62,660 bases of DNA. It comes from Bdellovibrionota bacterium. GTDB taxonomy: Bacteria > Bdellovibrionota_C > UBA2361 > JBGSMV01. A model generated the notes under the pieces. The model did not search any database, was not told the DNA's origin, and saw nothing but the letters and a program-made list of their open reading frames with translations. The position numbers and the translations under genes were made by a program. Below are positions 8,921 to 18,952 of this stretch, one piece after another; positions within the stretch are counted from its first letter, which is position 1, and each line of letters opens with the position of its first letter. Location of the stretch: contig JBIKWF010000011.1 of NCBI GenBank assembly GCA_044356455.1, forward strand, positions 1-62,660. The letters run 5' to 3'.

Positions 8921-10633
8921 ATGGATGGAGTTCCTTTGCTTTCCCTTATAATTTTCCTGCCTCTTCTCGGGGCGCTTGCCCTCTACCTTGTGCCAGGTTT
9001 CGGAGCTTCAGGTTCCGACTCTGGAGGCTCTAAGCATGGAGGCTCTGCGAATAGCGCGCATCATGGTCATGACGAAGCAGCGCGCGAGCCTCGCTCTGCG
9101 AAAGCGGCGCGTATGTTCACGCTCCTCGTGACGCTTGTGACCTTTGCTGCGTCTCTCTTTATCCTAAGGGGATTCGACGCATCTTCGCCAAACTATCAGT
9201 TTGTCGAGAAGGCCTCTTGGATTCCTATGTATGGGGTTTGGTACAACCTCGGGGTTGATGGCATCAGCCTTTGGCTTGTGATGCTCACCACCTTCTTGAT
9301 GCCCATCATTGTCATTGCCTCTCGTTCCGTGCATCACCAGCTCAGAGGCTATCTTGCTTCGATGTTGGTTCTTGAAACGGCCATGCTCGGCACGCTGCTT
9401 TCGCTCGACCTTCTTCTTTTCTACGTCTTCTGGGAGCTCATGCTCGCTCCCATGTACTTCATCATTGGAATTTGGGGTGGCAAGCGCCGCATCTATGCCA
9501 CGCTTAAATTTGTGCTCTATACCGTCATAGGAAGTGTCTTGATGCTCGTCGCCTTAGTCTATGTGGTTTGGCAGCACGCGCAGCAGAATGATGGTCAAAT
9601 AACCTTTTTGCTCAGTGAGGTGCTCTCCGGGACTCGTCTTTCCTTCAATGAGGAATTCTGGCTCTTTGCGGCGTTTGCACTCGCTTTTGGGATAAAGGTT
9701 CCAATTTTTCCCTTCCATACGTGGCTTCCAGATGCGCACGTCGAGGCACCAACGGGTGGGTCAGTTGTCCTTGCGGGCATCCTTCTTAAGATGGGCCTGT
9801 ATGGGTTCATTCGCTTTGCTTATCCGCTCTTCCCAAATGCCGCCGCTTGGTTTGCTCCTTACCTTGCCGTACTTGCGGTTATAGGAATCATCTACGGGTC
9901 TCTTGTGGCATGGGCTCAGAGCGATATTAAAAAGCTGGTTGCGTATTCCTCGGTTGCCCATCTTGGCTTCTGCGTATTGGGCTTGGTCGCCTTTAATATG
10001 CTTGCAACCTCAGGTGCGGTCTTGCAGATGATTAATCACGGCATCTCAACTGGGGCTCTGTTCCTCTTGGTGGGAGTACTCTACGACAGGCGCCACACCC
10101 GGGAGATTTCGGAGTACGGCGGATTGGCGGCAAAGATTCCAGTTTTTGCATTCCTGTTTCTGGTCTTTACCTTAAGCTCAATAGCTCTCCCTCTTACCAA
10201 TGGCTTTATCGGCGAGTTCTTGATTCTCCTCGGGAGCTTTAAGACGTTCCCGGTCCTCACTGCCTTTGCAACCTTGGGGGTGATTCTTGGAGCGGTCTAT
10301 ATGCTCACGCTCTATCTCCGAACCATGTTCGGAGAAATTGATGAGAAAAAGAATGGGCAGCTCTCTGATGTGAATCGCATGGAGCTTGCGGCCTTGCTAC
10401 CGCTCTTTGTACTGGTGTTTGTGCTTGGGCTCTATCCCCAGCCCTTCTTAAGCCGAATTGAGCCTTCGATTGCGGCCTGGATGACCCAAGTGGAGTCTCG
10501 GGCACAGCAGTTAGCGCTCTCGCGGGATAGTCACTCTAGTTTTGCCAGAGTTCTAGGACAGCCTGCCTCCTCATCGGGGCAGCACGAAGTGAGCGTACAA
10601 GAGAGTGTGGCGTTAGTGGATAGTGCTTCATAG
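8921..10633 (+). CDS. nuoM: NADH-quinone oxidoreductase subunit M
   Basis: FYVFWE, IKVPIFPFHTWLPDAHVEAPT, DIKKLVAYSSVAH. Confidence 0.97.
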   Translation: MDGVPLLSLIIFLPLLGALALYLVPGFGASGSDSGGSKHGGSANSAHHGHDEAAREPRSAKAARMFTLLVTLVTFAASLFILRGFDASSPNYQFVEKASWIPMYGVWYNLGVDGISLWLVMLTTFLMPIIVIASRSVHHQLRGYLASMLVLETAMLGTLLSLDLLLFYVFWELMLAPMYFIIGIWGGKRRIYATLKFVLYTVIGSVLMLVALVYVVWQHAQQNDGQITFLLSEVLSGTRLSFNEEFWLFAAFALAFGIKVPIFPFHTWLPDAHVEAPTGGSVVLAGILLKMGLYGFIRFAYPLFPNAAAWFAPYLAVLAVIGIIYGSLVAWAQSDIKKLVAYSSVAHLGFCVLGLVAFNMLATSGAVLQMINHGISTGALFLLVGVLYDRRHTREISEYGGLAAKIPVFAFLFLVFTLSSIALPLTNGFIGEFLILLGSFKTFPVLTAFATLGVILGAVYMLTLYLRTMFGEIDEKKNGQLSDVNRMELAALLPLFVLVFVLGLYPQPFLSRIEPSIAAWMTQVESRAQQLALSRDSHSSFARVLGQPASSSGQHEVSVQESVALVDSAS

Positions 10634-10693
10634 CCATGCCTTGGGGACGGAAACGGCTCCCGTGAGCAAAGTTAGTTAGCAAAGGCCTGTTTT

Positions 10694-12175
10694 ATGCAAC
10701 AAAGTATCGCGTATCAGATGTTTCTTGTCGCACCACTGCTCATTCTCACTCTGGGGGCTTTGGTGGTTTTGCTGCTCGACGGATTTCGAGTTTCAACGAA
10801 CGTCAAAGGTGGAGTCACGATAGCGACTCTTCTCCTTGCGGCACTCGGTGCAGCCGCCGCGGGCGGCCTTTCGTCTCCGGGACAGACGGCGTTTAATGGC
10901 TTTATTTATGTTGACCCGTTTTCGGTCTACATGAATGTGATTTTGCTGTTCGGGTCTTTGCTGGCGCTGCTTCTTGGTTTCGACCGTCTTTCCGAGCAAG
11001 GGGTAGAAGCGGGAACTGAGTATTATGCGCTGCTTCTTTTCTCTACTGCGGGCGCGATGGTGTTTGTTGGCGCAGCTGAACTTATTACGCTCTTTGTCGG
11101 ACTAGAAATCATGTCGATGGCGCTCTATGCGCTTTGTGGCTCGGCGCTGAAGCTCAGGCGCTCGGCAGAATCTGCTCTCAAGTACTTCCTTTTGGGCTCT
11201 TTTAGCTCTGCCTTCCTGCTTTACGGTATTGCCTTGCTCTACGGTCTTACGGGCACCCTTTTTATCTCGAAGATAGCGGTAGTCATTGGTGGAGTGCATT
11301 CTCCCTTACTCATGGTTGCCATGGGGCTTATGTTGGTGGGCCTGGTATTCAAGATTGGCGCAGTTCCTTTTCATTTCTGGGCGCCGGATGTGTACGAAGG
11401 TGCGCCTACCAGTATTACCGCTTATATGGCCTGCGTTATTAAGGCTGCTGCCTTTGCGGCTTCACTTCGCATCCTTTGGGTTGCCTTTGAGCAGGTTCAG
11501 ACTTTCTGGGTGGGGGCGGTTTGGACGATAGCCGTTCTTACCATGACCCTTGGTAACCTCGTCGCTCTTCGCCAGCGCAGCCTCAAGCGTATGCTGGCCT
11601 ATTCGAGCATCTCTCATGCCGGGTACATGATGGTGGCCTTTCTTGCGCCAGGAGATGCAGCAGGGGGTGGGGCAGCCATTCTTTACTATCTTGTCGCCTA
11701 TACCTTAATGACGATGGGCGCATTTGGTGTCGTGCTCGCGGTGACATCATCCGGCGGACCAAGCGAAGCGCGTAACCATGACGACATTACCCGTTTTAAT
11801 GGGTTAGGCACGACTAAGCCGCTGCTTGCTGCGGCCATGGCACTCTTTATGCTCTCTTTGGCAGGGATTCCTCCTGGGCTCTCAGGTCTTCTTGGGAAGT
11901 TCTATATATTTGGGGCCGCTATCCGCGCCGACTACGTTGGGATTGTTATCATTGGCGTCGTGAATTCGGCGATCTCCTGCTACTACTATCTGCGCGTCAT
12001 TGTGGCGATGTATTTCGTTGAGGCAGACGCCGAGAATGCGAAGATGCAGTATTCCATCACTCCCTCAATGGCCAGTGTTCTTTGCATGTGTGCCCTTGGT
12101 GTGGTCCTCTTCGGAGTCTTCCCTTCGCTGCTGCATGATAGTGCAGCGTTTGTGATGATGGGATTTAGTCGCTAG
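10694..12175 (+). CDS. nuoN: NADH-quinone oxidoreductase subunit N
   Basis: ESALKYFLLG, FKIGAVPFHFWAPDVYEGAP, KRMLAYSSISHAGY. Confidence 0.97.
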   Translation: MQQSIAYQMFLVAPLLILTLGALVVLLLDGFRVSTNVKGGVTIATLLLAALGAAAAGGLSSPGQTAFNGFIYVDPFSVYMNVILLFGSLLALLLGFDRLSEQGVEAGTEYYALLLFSTAGAMVFVGAAELITLFVGLEIMSMALYALCGSALKLRRSAESALKYFLLGSFSSAFLLYGIALLYGLTGTLFISKIAVVIGGVHSPLLMVAMGLMLVGLVFKIGAVPFHFWAPDVYEGAPTSITAYMACVIKAAAFAASLRILWVAFEQVQTFWVGAVWTIAVLTMTLGNLVALRQRSLKRMLAYSSISHAGYMMVAFLAPGDAAGGGAAILYYLVAYTLMTMGAFGVVLAVTSSGGPSEARNHDDITRFNGLGTTKPLLAAAMALFMLSLAGIPPGLSGLLGKFYIFGAAIRADYVGIVIIGVVNSAISCYYYLRVIVAMYFVEADAENAKMQYSITPSMASVLCMCALGVVLFGVFPSLLHDSAAFVMMGFSR

Positions 12176-12399
12176 GACTTTGTCCGGTAAAAATTCCCCA
12201 CACTCTATGTGGTAGGGGCCGCCTAACTTGCCCCCTGGTAGTACGCATGGGCAGTGCGTCTGGGCAGTGCGCCTGGTCAGGGGGGCCCGAACAGACTGGA
12301 ACTTCGCTCCGTCTGGTCAGTCCTCTGCTGTTACTAAAAAAAGTCTAATTTCGGTTGGACGGAGGCCGTCATCCTTCGGGCTCTGTTAGGCGAGAAATT

Positions 12400-13104
12400 A
12401 TGTCAAAGAGGCGTCTAGAAAAGCTCGTGGTACTTAGCGGCGCAGGAGTGAGCGCAGAGAGTGGGCTTAAGACCTTTCGCGACGGTGGTGGTCTGTGGGA
12501 AGGACATCGCGTAGAGGACGTGGCGACTCCCGAAGCTTTTGAGCGTAATCCCGGACTGGTTCTAGAATTCTACAATCAAAGACGACGTGCGCTTGCATCT
12601 GCGGCTCCGAATCCGGCTCATCTGGCCATTGCGGAGCTCGAGCACAAATTTGAGGTCTCCGTCATTACCCAAAACGTAGATAACCTTCATGAGCGAGCGG
12701 GGTCATCTTCCGTCCTTCATCTGCACGGTGAATTGACCAAGGCGCGTAGCTCGGTGGACCCGTCTTATGTGGTGGAAATAGAAGGAACCGAACTGGTTCT
12801 TGGAGATCGTTGCCCTCTTGGAAGTCAGCTTCGACCTCATATCGTGTGGTTTGGAGAAGCCGTGCCACTCATGGAAGAGGCCATGCAGCTTATGCGCCGC
12901 GCTGAAGTGGTCATTGTGGTGGGCACCTCTTTGGTGGTTTACCCGGCAGCAGGCCTGGTGGAGTACGCTCCTCGTTCAGCCAAGAAGTATGTCGTGGATG
13001 TGGTTTGCCCAAGAGTCCCTGGTATCGAGGGCTTTCAGCCACTTGAGCTTCCGGCATCAAAGGGGTTGCCGCTTTTGGTGAAACAGCTTCTTTGTGATTC
13101 TTAA
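12400..13104 (+). CDS. cobB: NAD-dependent protein deacylase (sirtuin, class III-like)
   Basis: SGAGVSAESG, TQNVDNLHERAG, HLHG, RPHIVWFGE, GTSLVVYPAA; FYNQRR has the Y..R acyl-pocket pattern. ATG 12400 preferred to TTG 12355. Confidence 0.93.
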   Translation: MSKRRLEKLVVLSGAGVSAESGLKTFRDGGGLWEGHRVEDVATPEAFERNPGLVLEFYNQRRRALASAAPNPAHLAIAELEHKFEVSVITQNVDNLHERAGSSSVLHLHGELTKARSSVDPSYVVEIEGTELVLGDRCPLGSQLRPHIVWFGEAVPLMEEAMQLMRRAEVVIVVGTSLVVYPAAGLVEYAPRSAKKYVVDVVCPRVPGIEGFQPLELPASKGLPLLVKQLLCDS

Positions 13105-13868
13105 GGCGCCTCTTTTCTTAGTCTTCTTTTTAGGACTAAGGCTCCCGCAATAAGGATTATTCCCGCGGTAATTACCTCAATCACGCGCGGAAAAGAGAAG
13201 ACTTCGCCAGCATCAGTAGAGCTCGTCATATTCGCAGGCAGCTTTTCAGAGTGAGTCGGGTTTATCTCTTTCAGCATAGCGTTTGAAAGCGCCAAAAGCT
13301 CAGTTTCTCTCTCTCTAGGGGCCGTCCAGGTGAGAATGAGGTGTTTGTCCAAGAGCCCTAAAATCGCCACTCGTGAACTCATTGGCTGCGATCCCTTGCC
13401 GTAGGAAAGGTGTGCTCGCAGAAGCGGGAAACCCTTGATTTCATCTGAGCTGGCATCAAGGAGCTCGGTGTCTGCAAGCCCCACAAGCCGGTAGCTCGCG
13501 GCGACGGCTTCTCCCTGTTCCTGGGCTGATTTTCCGAATCCAGGGAACGTACCGGCAATGAGCAGGGCGTTAAAGGTGGGGAAACCTGAAGAAGAGCCTC
13601 TTGTTCTTGCTGAGACTAGGAGTTGACCTTGCTCAACTTGAGACAAGGGAAGCTCCTCAAGGGAGGAGGGCAGGCGAAAGTTTTCGCCAAGCACTTCAAT
13701 CGCTGCGCCTGGTTTCACGCTGTCTGCCTGTGCGCAGGGCGTGGCGAGGAGGAGGGAAAGTATAGTGCCGCAAAGCAGCAGCGAAGTGCAGCAGAAATCT
13801 CTCAAGCGGGCGAGCGTAGTGAGCAGATGGCCGCGAGAGGGTTTGCGCATGAGGGCATGGCTGTTCAT
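13101..13868 (-). CDS. Hypothetical exported protein with C-terminal membrane anchor
   Basis: Signal-like segment (LLLATPCAQA), C-terminal TM followed by KRRLRK. Start uncertain (13868 or 13946); its stop shares TTAA with cobB. Confidence 0.65.
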   Translation of the reverse strand: MNSHALMRKPSRGHLLTTLARLRDFCCTSLLLCGTILSLLLATPCAQADSVKPGAAIEVLGENFRLPSSLEELPLSQVEQGQLLVSARTRGSSSGFPTFNALLIAGTFPGFGKSAQEQGEAVAASYRLVGLADTELLDASSDEIKGFPLLRAHLSYGKGSQPMSSRVAILGLLDKHLILTWTAPRERETELLALSNAMLKEINPTHSEKLPANMTSSTDAGEVFSFPRVIEVITAGIILIAGALVLKRRLRKEAP

Positions 13869-14146
13869 GTAACGCTTAGAATCGCTTAGAGAAAGGGACT
13901 TTTGTGCGTAAATAATTGCCACGAGGGGAGCCTTATCGAGTGCCATTTTTGCAAGAACTCACGTGAGCGCGGCTCGGAAGATCGGGCGGGCTGCTTGGTC
14001 CACACACTTCTGAGTGCTCGAAAAGTGCAAAAATAGCGAGTTTTTGAGGCCTTCTAAGCCATTTACCAACAGAGCGCAAGAAGTGGCGTTGGGGAGTGCT
14101 GTCTCCGCTACCTCAAAAAAATCGCTATTTACATGCATTTTTCTTG

Positions 14147-14176
14147 TTGATTGAAGCTTCGAGTTGCTCTTATAGT
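14147..14176 (+). promoter_or_regulatory. Putative sigma70 promoter of the HU gene
   Basis: TTGATT (14147-52), 18-nt spacer, TATAGT (14171-76). Confidence 0.4.
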
Positions 14177-14266
14177 CCGTCTTGAGGGCGGTCCTCGCCT
14201 TCCAAAAAGCGCCGGTTTATAGGCCTTTTTTGAGTTTTTGGTCTATCCATTTTGGAGATGTCACGT

Positions 14267-14710
14267 ATGGCTAAGAAGCCGATGAAGAAAGCCGCCAAGA
14301 AGACGATGAAGAAAGCTGCCCCTGCCAAGAAGGCTGTTGCTAAGACTGCAGCTCCTGCTGGAAAGACGTCTGGTATCGTTCTTCAGCCTAAGGCTCGCCA
14401 GGCTGCTAAGCCCCGCAACACGGGAACCTACAGCTACACGCAGTCAGAGTTCCTTGAGAACATCCGTGCATTCACGGGTCTTCCGAAGCGTTCACAGGCT
14501 AAGGAGATTGTAGAGGATATTGCTGCGTTCATCACCGAGTCCTTGCGCCGTGGTTACAAGCTCCCGCTCATGGGTCTTGGTAAGCTCTATGTTCGTCAGA
14601 GCAAGGCTCGCCTTGGACGTAACCCACAGACTGGTGAGACCGTTCAGATCCCAGCTCGTAAGCGTGTACGTTTCACCGCTTCGAAGGCTCTTAAGACAAC
14701 GGTCCTATAG
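14267..14710 (+). CDS. HU-family DNA-binding protein with Lys/Ala-rich N-terminal tail
   Basis: C-terminal LMGLGKLYVRQSKARLGRNPQTGETVQIPARKRVRFTASKALK; N-terminal AKKPMKKAAKK; GGAG upstream of ATG 14267. Confidence 0.92.
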   Translation: MAKKPMKKAAKKTMKKAAPAKKAVAKTAAPAGKTSGIVLQPKARQAAKPRNTGTYSYTQSEFLENIRAFTGLPKRSQAKEIVEDIAAFITESLRRGYKLPLMGLGKLYVRQSKARLGRNPQTGETVQIPARKRVRFTASKALKTTVL

Positions 14711-14758
14711 TAAGTCTGTTCTATAGTGCGTTTGGCCTATAGTGCACCTGCTCTATAG
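14705..14758. repeat. Four CTATAG palindromes at exact 16-bp spacing
   Basis: CTATAG at 14705, 14721, 14737 and 14753 within degenerate 16-bp units. Confidence 0.8.
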
Positions 14759-14834
14759 CAGCGAACTTTGTTCTTAAGTGGCGATTTGCCAAGAGCGCTT
14801 CGTAGTAATTGCTCTAAGCATTTCGTCAGAATGT

Positions 14835-14875
14835 AACGGGAGGGTAGTGAAAAGCTATCCTCCCGTTTTTTATTT
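14835..14875 (+). terminator. Intrinsic terminator after the HU gene
   Basis: Stem CGGGAGGGTAG/CTATCCTCCCG, 7-nt loop, then TTTTTTATTT. Confidence 0.85.
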
Positions 14876-14886
14876 ACCTTTGCTCA

Positions 14887-16632
14887 ATGCTTGCCCTCAA
14901 ACCAGCTTGTCCATGGCTGCTCGCGCTCTTGCTCCACTGTATCGGGGGTCTTTTCCTCTTCCCCTATCCCGAAGAAGTGCGAAGGGCTGCTGAGGGGCTT
15001 GCGCCTCAGGAGGCGACTCTTCCTTACTGGTATTCTGGTGAAACAAAAATCCCGGAAAGGCTTACCTTTAGCCTTGTCCTGCCCCCACTGCATGCCACTC
15101 GCTACAAAATGTGGGGGGATGATTGCATTGAATCGGTGCGCGTAAACGGAACTCTTTTGACGGGGCTGCCCTATTGCGACTGGGGCAAGAGTCTTGAGCT
15201 AGACCTCGCATCTCAGTTGCAAGCCGGATTGAATAAGATCGAAGTAACTACCTCGAACAAAGGTGGGCCGGGTGGTCTCTCTTTTGTCGTTCACCCCGAG
15301 GATTCTTTGCTTCTCGGCTATCGACTGATGTTGCTCCTTCTTGTGGGGGGCGTAGTGGTGGTGTGGTGCAGGGAGCTGCGGCTTGCGTCTTTCTCCACTT
15401 CTGCGCTTCTTGGCTCGGTATGGATACGCATAATCTATTTCTGGCTTACGCCTGCGAGGGTGCGGGCCTATGATCTGGACGGTCATATCGAGTATTTAAA
15501 ATATGTGGGGGAACATTATGCACTTCCCCGGAGTGCCTTGGGGTGGGAGTTCCATCAGCCTCCGCTCTATTATGCAGTCGGCGCTGCTGTTGCCCAAGTA
15601 GTGCGCTGGTTCTCCCCACTTTTCCAAGCTGAACTTGATGCACTGCAGCTCCTATCTTTACTCTTGTCACTTGGGACCTTGGTATGTGGGGCCGCCTCGA
15701 TATGGAGGCTCGTAAAAGGTGAGGGGGAGAGGATTGGTGCGCTACTTCTCTTAGGCTTTCTGCCAGGTCTTATCTTCTCCGCTGCCAGAATTTCTAATGA
15801 TACCTTCTACCACTTCTGCGCTTTTCTTTGGTTTCTTCTGGCCTTGGTGTGGTGGCAGAAGCCCTCTCATGCAAAGGCATTTGCCTCCTGCGTCCCTCTC
15901 GCGTGTGCCGTACTTGCGAAACTTTCGGCTCTGCCTCTTGTAGTGGCCGCGCTACTGCTCTTTGTTCTGAAACGTGGTCTTTCTATTGTCTCTCGCGTTC
16001 GGCTTGTGTTGGGGAGCGCTCTTCTGATTGCGCTCGGAGTAAGTTGGTATTTCTATCTGAGACTCAGCGCGGGCGATAGTTTTGCTGGCTCCGAAAAGCT
16101 GGCCTCCTTGCATGGAGGTCTTCGCCTCGAGACTGCGTGGAGTTCTTTCCTGGTGTTTAGTCCACAAGACATTTTTCTTACACCATTCAATCGTCCCTTT
16201 GAGGAGGTCTCGCGCCGAGGATACTTCTTTGAATACCTCTTTAAATCGGCCTTTTTTGGAGAGTTCTCATTCCTTGAAATTCAGACATGGGTAGTGAAAC
16301 TTTTGCTGGTGAGCGGGGGGCTGTTTCTTGTTATTTCTGCCTTAGGCCTTTTGCGCATACTCTTGCTTCGCGCTTACGACTACATCCCAGTTGTGCTTGT
16401 GGGGGGAGCGCTCCTTGCGTCGCTGATTCTTCTGCGGCTTCAGTTTCCATTCTCTCCTCATCAAGATTTCCGTTTTATCCACCTTATCGCTGTTCCCCTA
16501 TGTGCCTGTGCTTCTTATGCCGCGTCCTCATCGAGAGGGGCTTTGCGCGTTTATCTTTGCGTGAGTGTGGTGCTTGCGCTCTCAAGCATTGCGTTGGTGC
16601 TTAGTCTTTCTGGCGTGCCAGGGCCTGTGTGA
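14887..16632 (+). CDS. GT-C (ArnT/PMT-like) membrane glycosyltransferase with an N-terminal beta-sandwich domain
   Basis: Multiple TM segments; YDLDGHIEY, HQPPLYY and SARISND motifs typical of GT39/83-like proteins. Confidence 0.7.
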   Translation: MLALKPACPWLLALLLHCIGGLFLFPYPEEVRRAAEGLAPQEATLPYWYSGETKIPERLTFSLVLPPLHATRYKMWGDDCIESVRVNGTLLTGLPYCDWGKSLELDLASQLQAGLNKIEVTTSNKGGPGGLSFVVHPEDSLLLGYRLMLLLLVGGVVVVWCRELRLASFSTSALLGSVWIRIIYFWLTPARVRAYDLDGHIEYLKYVGEHYALPRSALGWEFHQPPLYYAVGAAVAQVVRWFSPLFQAELDALQLLSLLLSLGTLVCGAASIWRLVKGEGERIGALLLLGFLPGLIFSAARISNDTFYHFCAFLWFLLALVWWQKPSHAKAFASCVPLACAVLAKLSALPLVVAALLLFVLKRGLSIVSRVRLVLGSALLIALGVSWYFYLRLSAGDSFAGSEKLASLHGGLRLETAWSSFLVFSPQDIFLTPFNRPFEEVSRRGYFFEYLFKSAFFGEFSFLEIQTWVVKLLLVSGGLFLVISALGLLRILLLRAYDYIPVVLVGGALLASLILLRLQFPFSPHQDFRFIHLIAVPLCACASYAASSSRGALRVYLCVSVVLALSSIALVLSLSGVPGPV

Positions 16633-16642
16633 TAAAAGAGCG

Positions 16643-17488
16643 CTATGGATCGGGCCAGACTTTAAGAAATGCAATCTGGGCCAGCTGATCGGGAATTGGT
16701 TTTTCCAAAGTAGCTGAAGCGAGCAGGCTCTTCATCGGATACCCGCAGGTTATCCGAGAAACTGATACGTTCTGGCCTGAGACAGTGTAAAACACTCGCC
16801 ACGCGCCGCAGCTCATGCGGCTCTCTCCCGAGGGCATAAGCACAATACGCCGCGTGCGATGCGGGCTCGGATCGCGCTCAAGAATAGTACGCGCACGTTC
16901 AAAGAATCGTACTTCGTGCTCTGCGGCAAGCCATAAGAGTTGTTTCTCGGCATGCTTCGAAAGTTGAACCTCAAAGCGCGGCGACTCACGCAGCGCATGC
17001 TCAACCGAGGCCAGCCAGCCAATTTTAGCCTCAGGAAAAGCATCGACGAGGGGCAAGTAGGGCTTAATATCGAGAATCGGAGTTCCATCTACCAAGTCAC
17101 AGGGGCCTATCATGAGGCGTCTGCCCTTAATGCCTTTGAGCGCCACTGCAGTAATTCCAATAGGGTTGGGCCTATGCGGGGAGCGAGTTGCGAATACCCC
17201 GCGCTTCTGTTTCGCTCCGCGCGGCGGAAGCACCTTTGGATTCCAGGTTTTGTTTTTATCAAACCACCAGATGAGCCAGATCCTATTGAATCCTAAGAGG
17301 TCATCGAGCGCAGCCTCGAAATTGTTCCCCCCTATGAGCTCAATGACGCCCTCCTGAGCGTCTGGATCGCTCGGTTGATGCGGGGCGTCAAATTTTAGCC
17401 TCATTTTGGTCTTTATAAACCCAATAGGCGAAAGCGTGAGGGAGGGGAGGTTTTTTCGATTCACTCTCGCTTGGATACCAGGTATCAC
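16643..17488 (-). CDS. trmO: tRNA (t6A37-N6)-methyltransferase TrmO
   Basis: PIGFI, GVFATRSPHRPNPIG, DLVDGTPILDIKPY. Confidence 0.92.
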   Translation of the reverse strand: MIPGIQARVNRKNLPSLTLSPIGFIKTKMRLKFDAPHQPSDPDAQEGVIELIGGNNFEAALDDLLGFNRIWLIWWFDKNKTWNPKVLPPRGAKQKRGVFATRSPHRPNPIGITAVALKGIKGRRLMIGPCDLVDGTPILDIKPYLPLVDAFPEAKIGWLASVEHALRESPRFEVQLSKHAEKQLLWLAAEHEVRFFERARTILERDPSPHRTRRIVLMPSGESRMSCGAWRVFYTVSGQNVSVSRITCGYPMKSLLASATLEKPIPDQLAQIAFLKVWPDP

Positions 17489-17526
17489 TTACCTTACTCA
17501 AGACAATCTAAGGGGATAGAGCGCAT

Positions 17527-18024
17527 ATGAAAAATGCTAAGCTCGGTCGGGGAGAGGGGAAGCAAAAGATTGGGTGGCGGCTTACCGGTGCCTGGCCGGT
17601 GACCTGTAAGGGGGCCTGGCAGGCGCTTGTTTTAGGCTTGCTCGTCGTAGGCTGCGCAACCCAATCAAACTACATTCGATACCTTGACGAGTGGCGCGGC
17701 GAAACAGTCATGCGGCTCTATAAGGTTATGGGCTATCCCACAAGCGAAGAGACCTTTAGCGATGGAATTCGCCGCCTTCGCTATAGCCAAGATCGCTCCT
17801 ATTTTAACCCTCCTTCTAGTAATACGTATTATGTGGATGGGCGCCCTTACACGGACTATTCCCCGGGGTATTGGGTCACCTTGGTGTGTACGACAGACTT
17901 TTTCGCGGATAAGGCGGGAAGGATTCTGCGCTGGGAGATTCAAGGGAACGACTGCACCATGACGGAAGCTAGGCTCAAAGAGCAATTGCAAGCCATGGGG
18001 AAGCCTTTCCCTCCCAAAGAGTAG
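17527..18024 (+). CDS. Hypothetical lipoprotein
   Basis: Lipobox-like LVVGC; MGYP..CTTDF..GNDC pattern. Confidence 0.65.
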   Translation: MKNAKLGRGEGKQKIGWRLTGAWPVTCKGAWQALVLGLLVVGCATQSNYIRYLDEWRGETVMRLYKVMGYPTSEETFSDGIRRLRYSQDRSYFNPPSSNTYYVDGRPYTDYSPGYWVTLVCTTDFFADKAGRILRWEIQGNDCTMTEARLKEQLQAMGKPFPPKE

Positions 18025-18066
18025 CTCTCCTGCTTGGCCCAATGGATGTGCTAGACTTTTTTACCT

Positions 18067-18951
18067 ATGAAAGAAGCTCAACTTAATCCCCTAAGAATCT
18101 ACAAAAAAACCGGATTCCTCATCGATATGGATGGGGTGATATATCGCGGCGCCCAGGTAATTCCCGGAGCTCAGAAGTTTATTGCCTCTCTCAAGGAGCG
18201 TAATATTCCGTTTCTTTTTCTCACCAACAATAGCCGATTTACGCAGCGGGAGATGGTGCTCAAGCTGCGGCGTATTGGAATTAAAGTAGAAGAGCATCAC
18301 ATTTTTACCAGCGCCATGGCGACCGCGGAGTTTCTCGCAAGTCAAAAACAAAACGGAACTGCCTATGTGCTTGGCGAGGGTGGGCTCGTATTTAGTCTTC
18401 ACGAACAAGGCTACGCGATAGTGGAGCAAGACCCTGACTATGTCGTGGTAGGTGAGGGTCGTTCTCTTACGCTTGAAATGGTAGAGCGCGCCATTGATTT
18501 TGTGCTTGAGGGCGCAAAGCTGATTGCGACGAATCTTGACCCAGCACCTAAGATAAAAGGCTGGATGAAGCCAGGCACTGGCGCAATTATCGCCATGCTT
18601 GAGGAGGCGACTGGGAAAAAGGCTTTTTGTGTCGGTAAACCAAGTCCCGTGATGATGCGCGCAGCTCGTAAATACCTCCAGCTTGAGACATCGGAAACGG
18701 TCATGATCGGCGACACCATGGAGACGGATATTCTTGGTGGAGTTCAGATGGGGTACCGGACCATCCTTGTGCTGAGCGGCTCGGCAACACGCGCGACTTT
18801 GCAGAACTTCGCATTTCGCCCGGACCTGATGGTGAACTCGGTCTCTGACATTCCTCTCGAGGCTTTAATGAAGGGCGATCACCCGTTTGATGGACCAAAA
18901 ACTCGGAGGGCAGAGGCGAAGCGAAAGAGCGTGGCCAAGCGGCGGAAGTGA
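18067..18951 (+). CDS. HAD-IIA family hydrolase (NagD-like)
   Basis: DMDGVIY, FLTNNS, GKPSP, MIGDTMETDI. Confidence 0.92.
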   Translation: MKEAQLNPLRIYKKTGFLIDMDGVIYRGAQVIPGAQKFIASLKERNIPFLFLTNNSRFTQREMVLKLRRIGIKVEEHHIFTSAMATAEFLASQKQNGTAYVLGEGGLVFSLHEQGYAIVEQDPDYVVVGEGRSLTLEMVERAIDFVLEGAKLIATNLDPAPKIKGWMKPGTGAIIAMLEEATGKKAFCVGKPSPVMMRAARKYLQLETSETVMIGDTMETDILGGVQMGYRTILVLSGSATRATLQNFAFRPDLMVNSVSDIPLEALMKGDHPFDGPKTRRAEAKRKSVAKRRK

Positions 18952-18952
18952 A

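Noticed and set aside
12400..13104. Sir2-type antiphage NADase
   Set aside because: Compact canonical CobB-like deacylase with no defence partners
16643..16980. RelE/ParE-like toxin at the TrmO C-terminus
   Set aside because: Two-domain TrmO proteins such as E. coli YaeB normally carry a similar C-terminal domain, and no antitoxin is present
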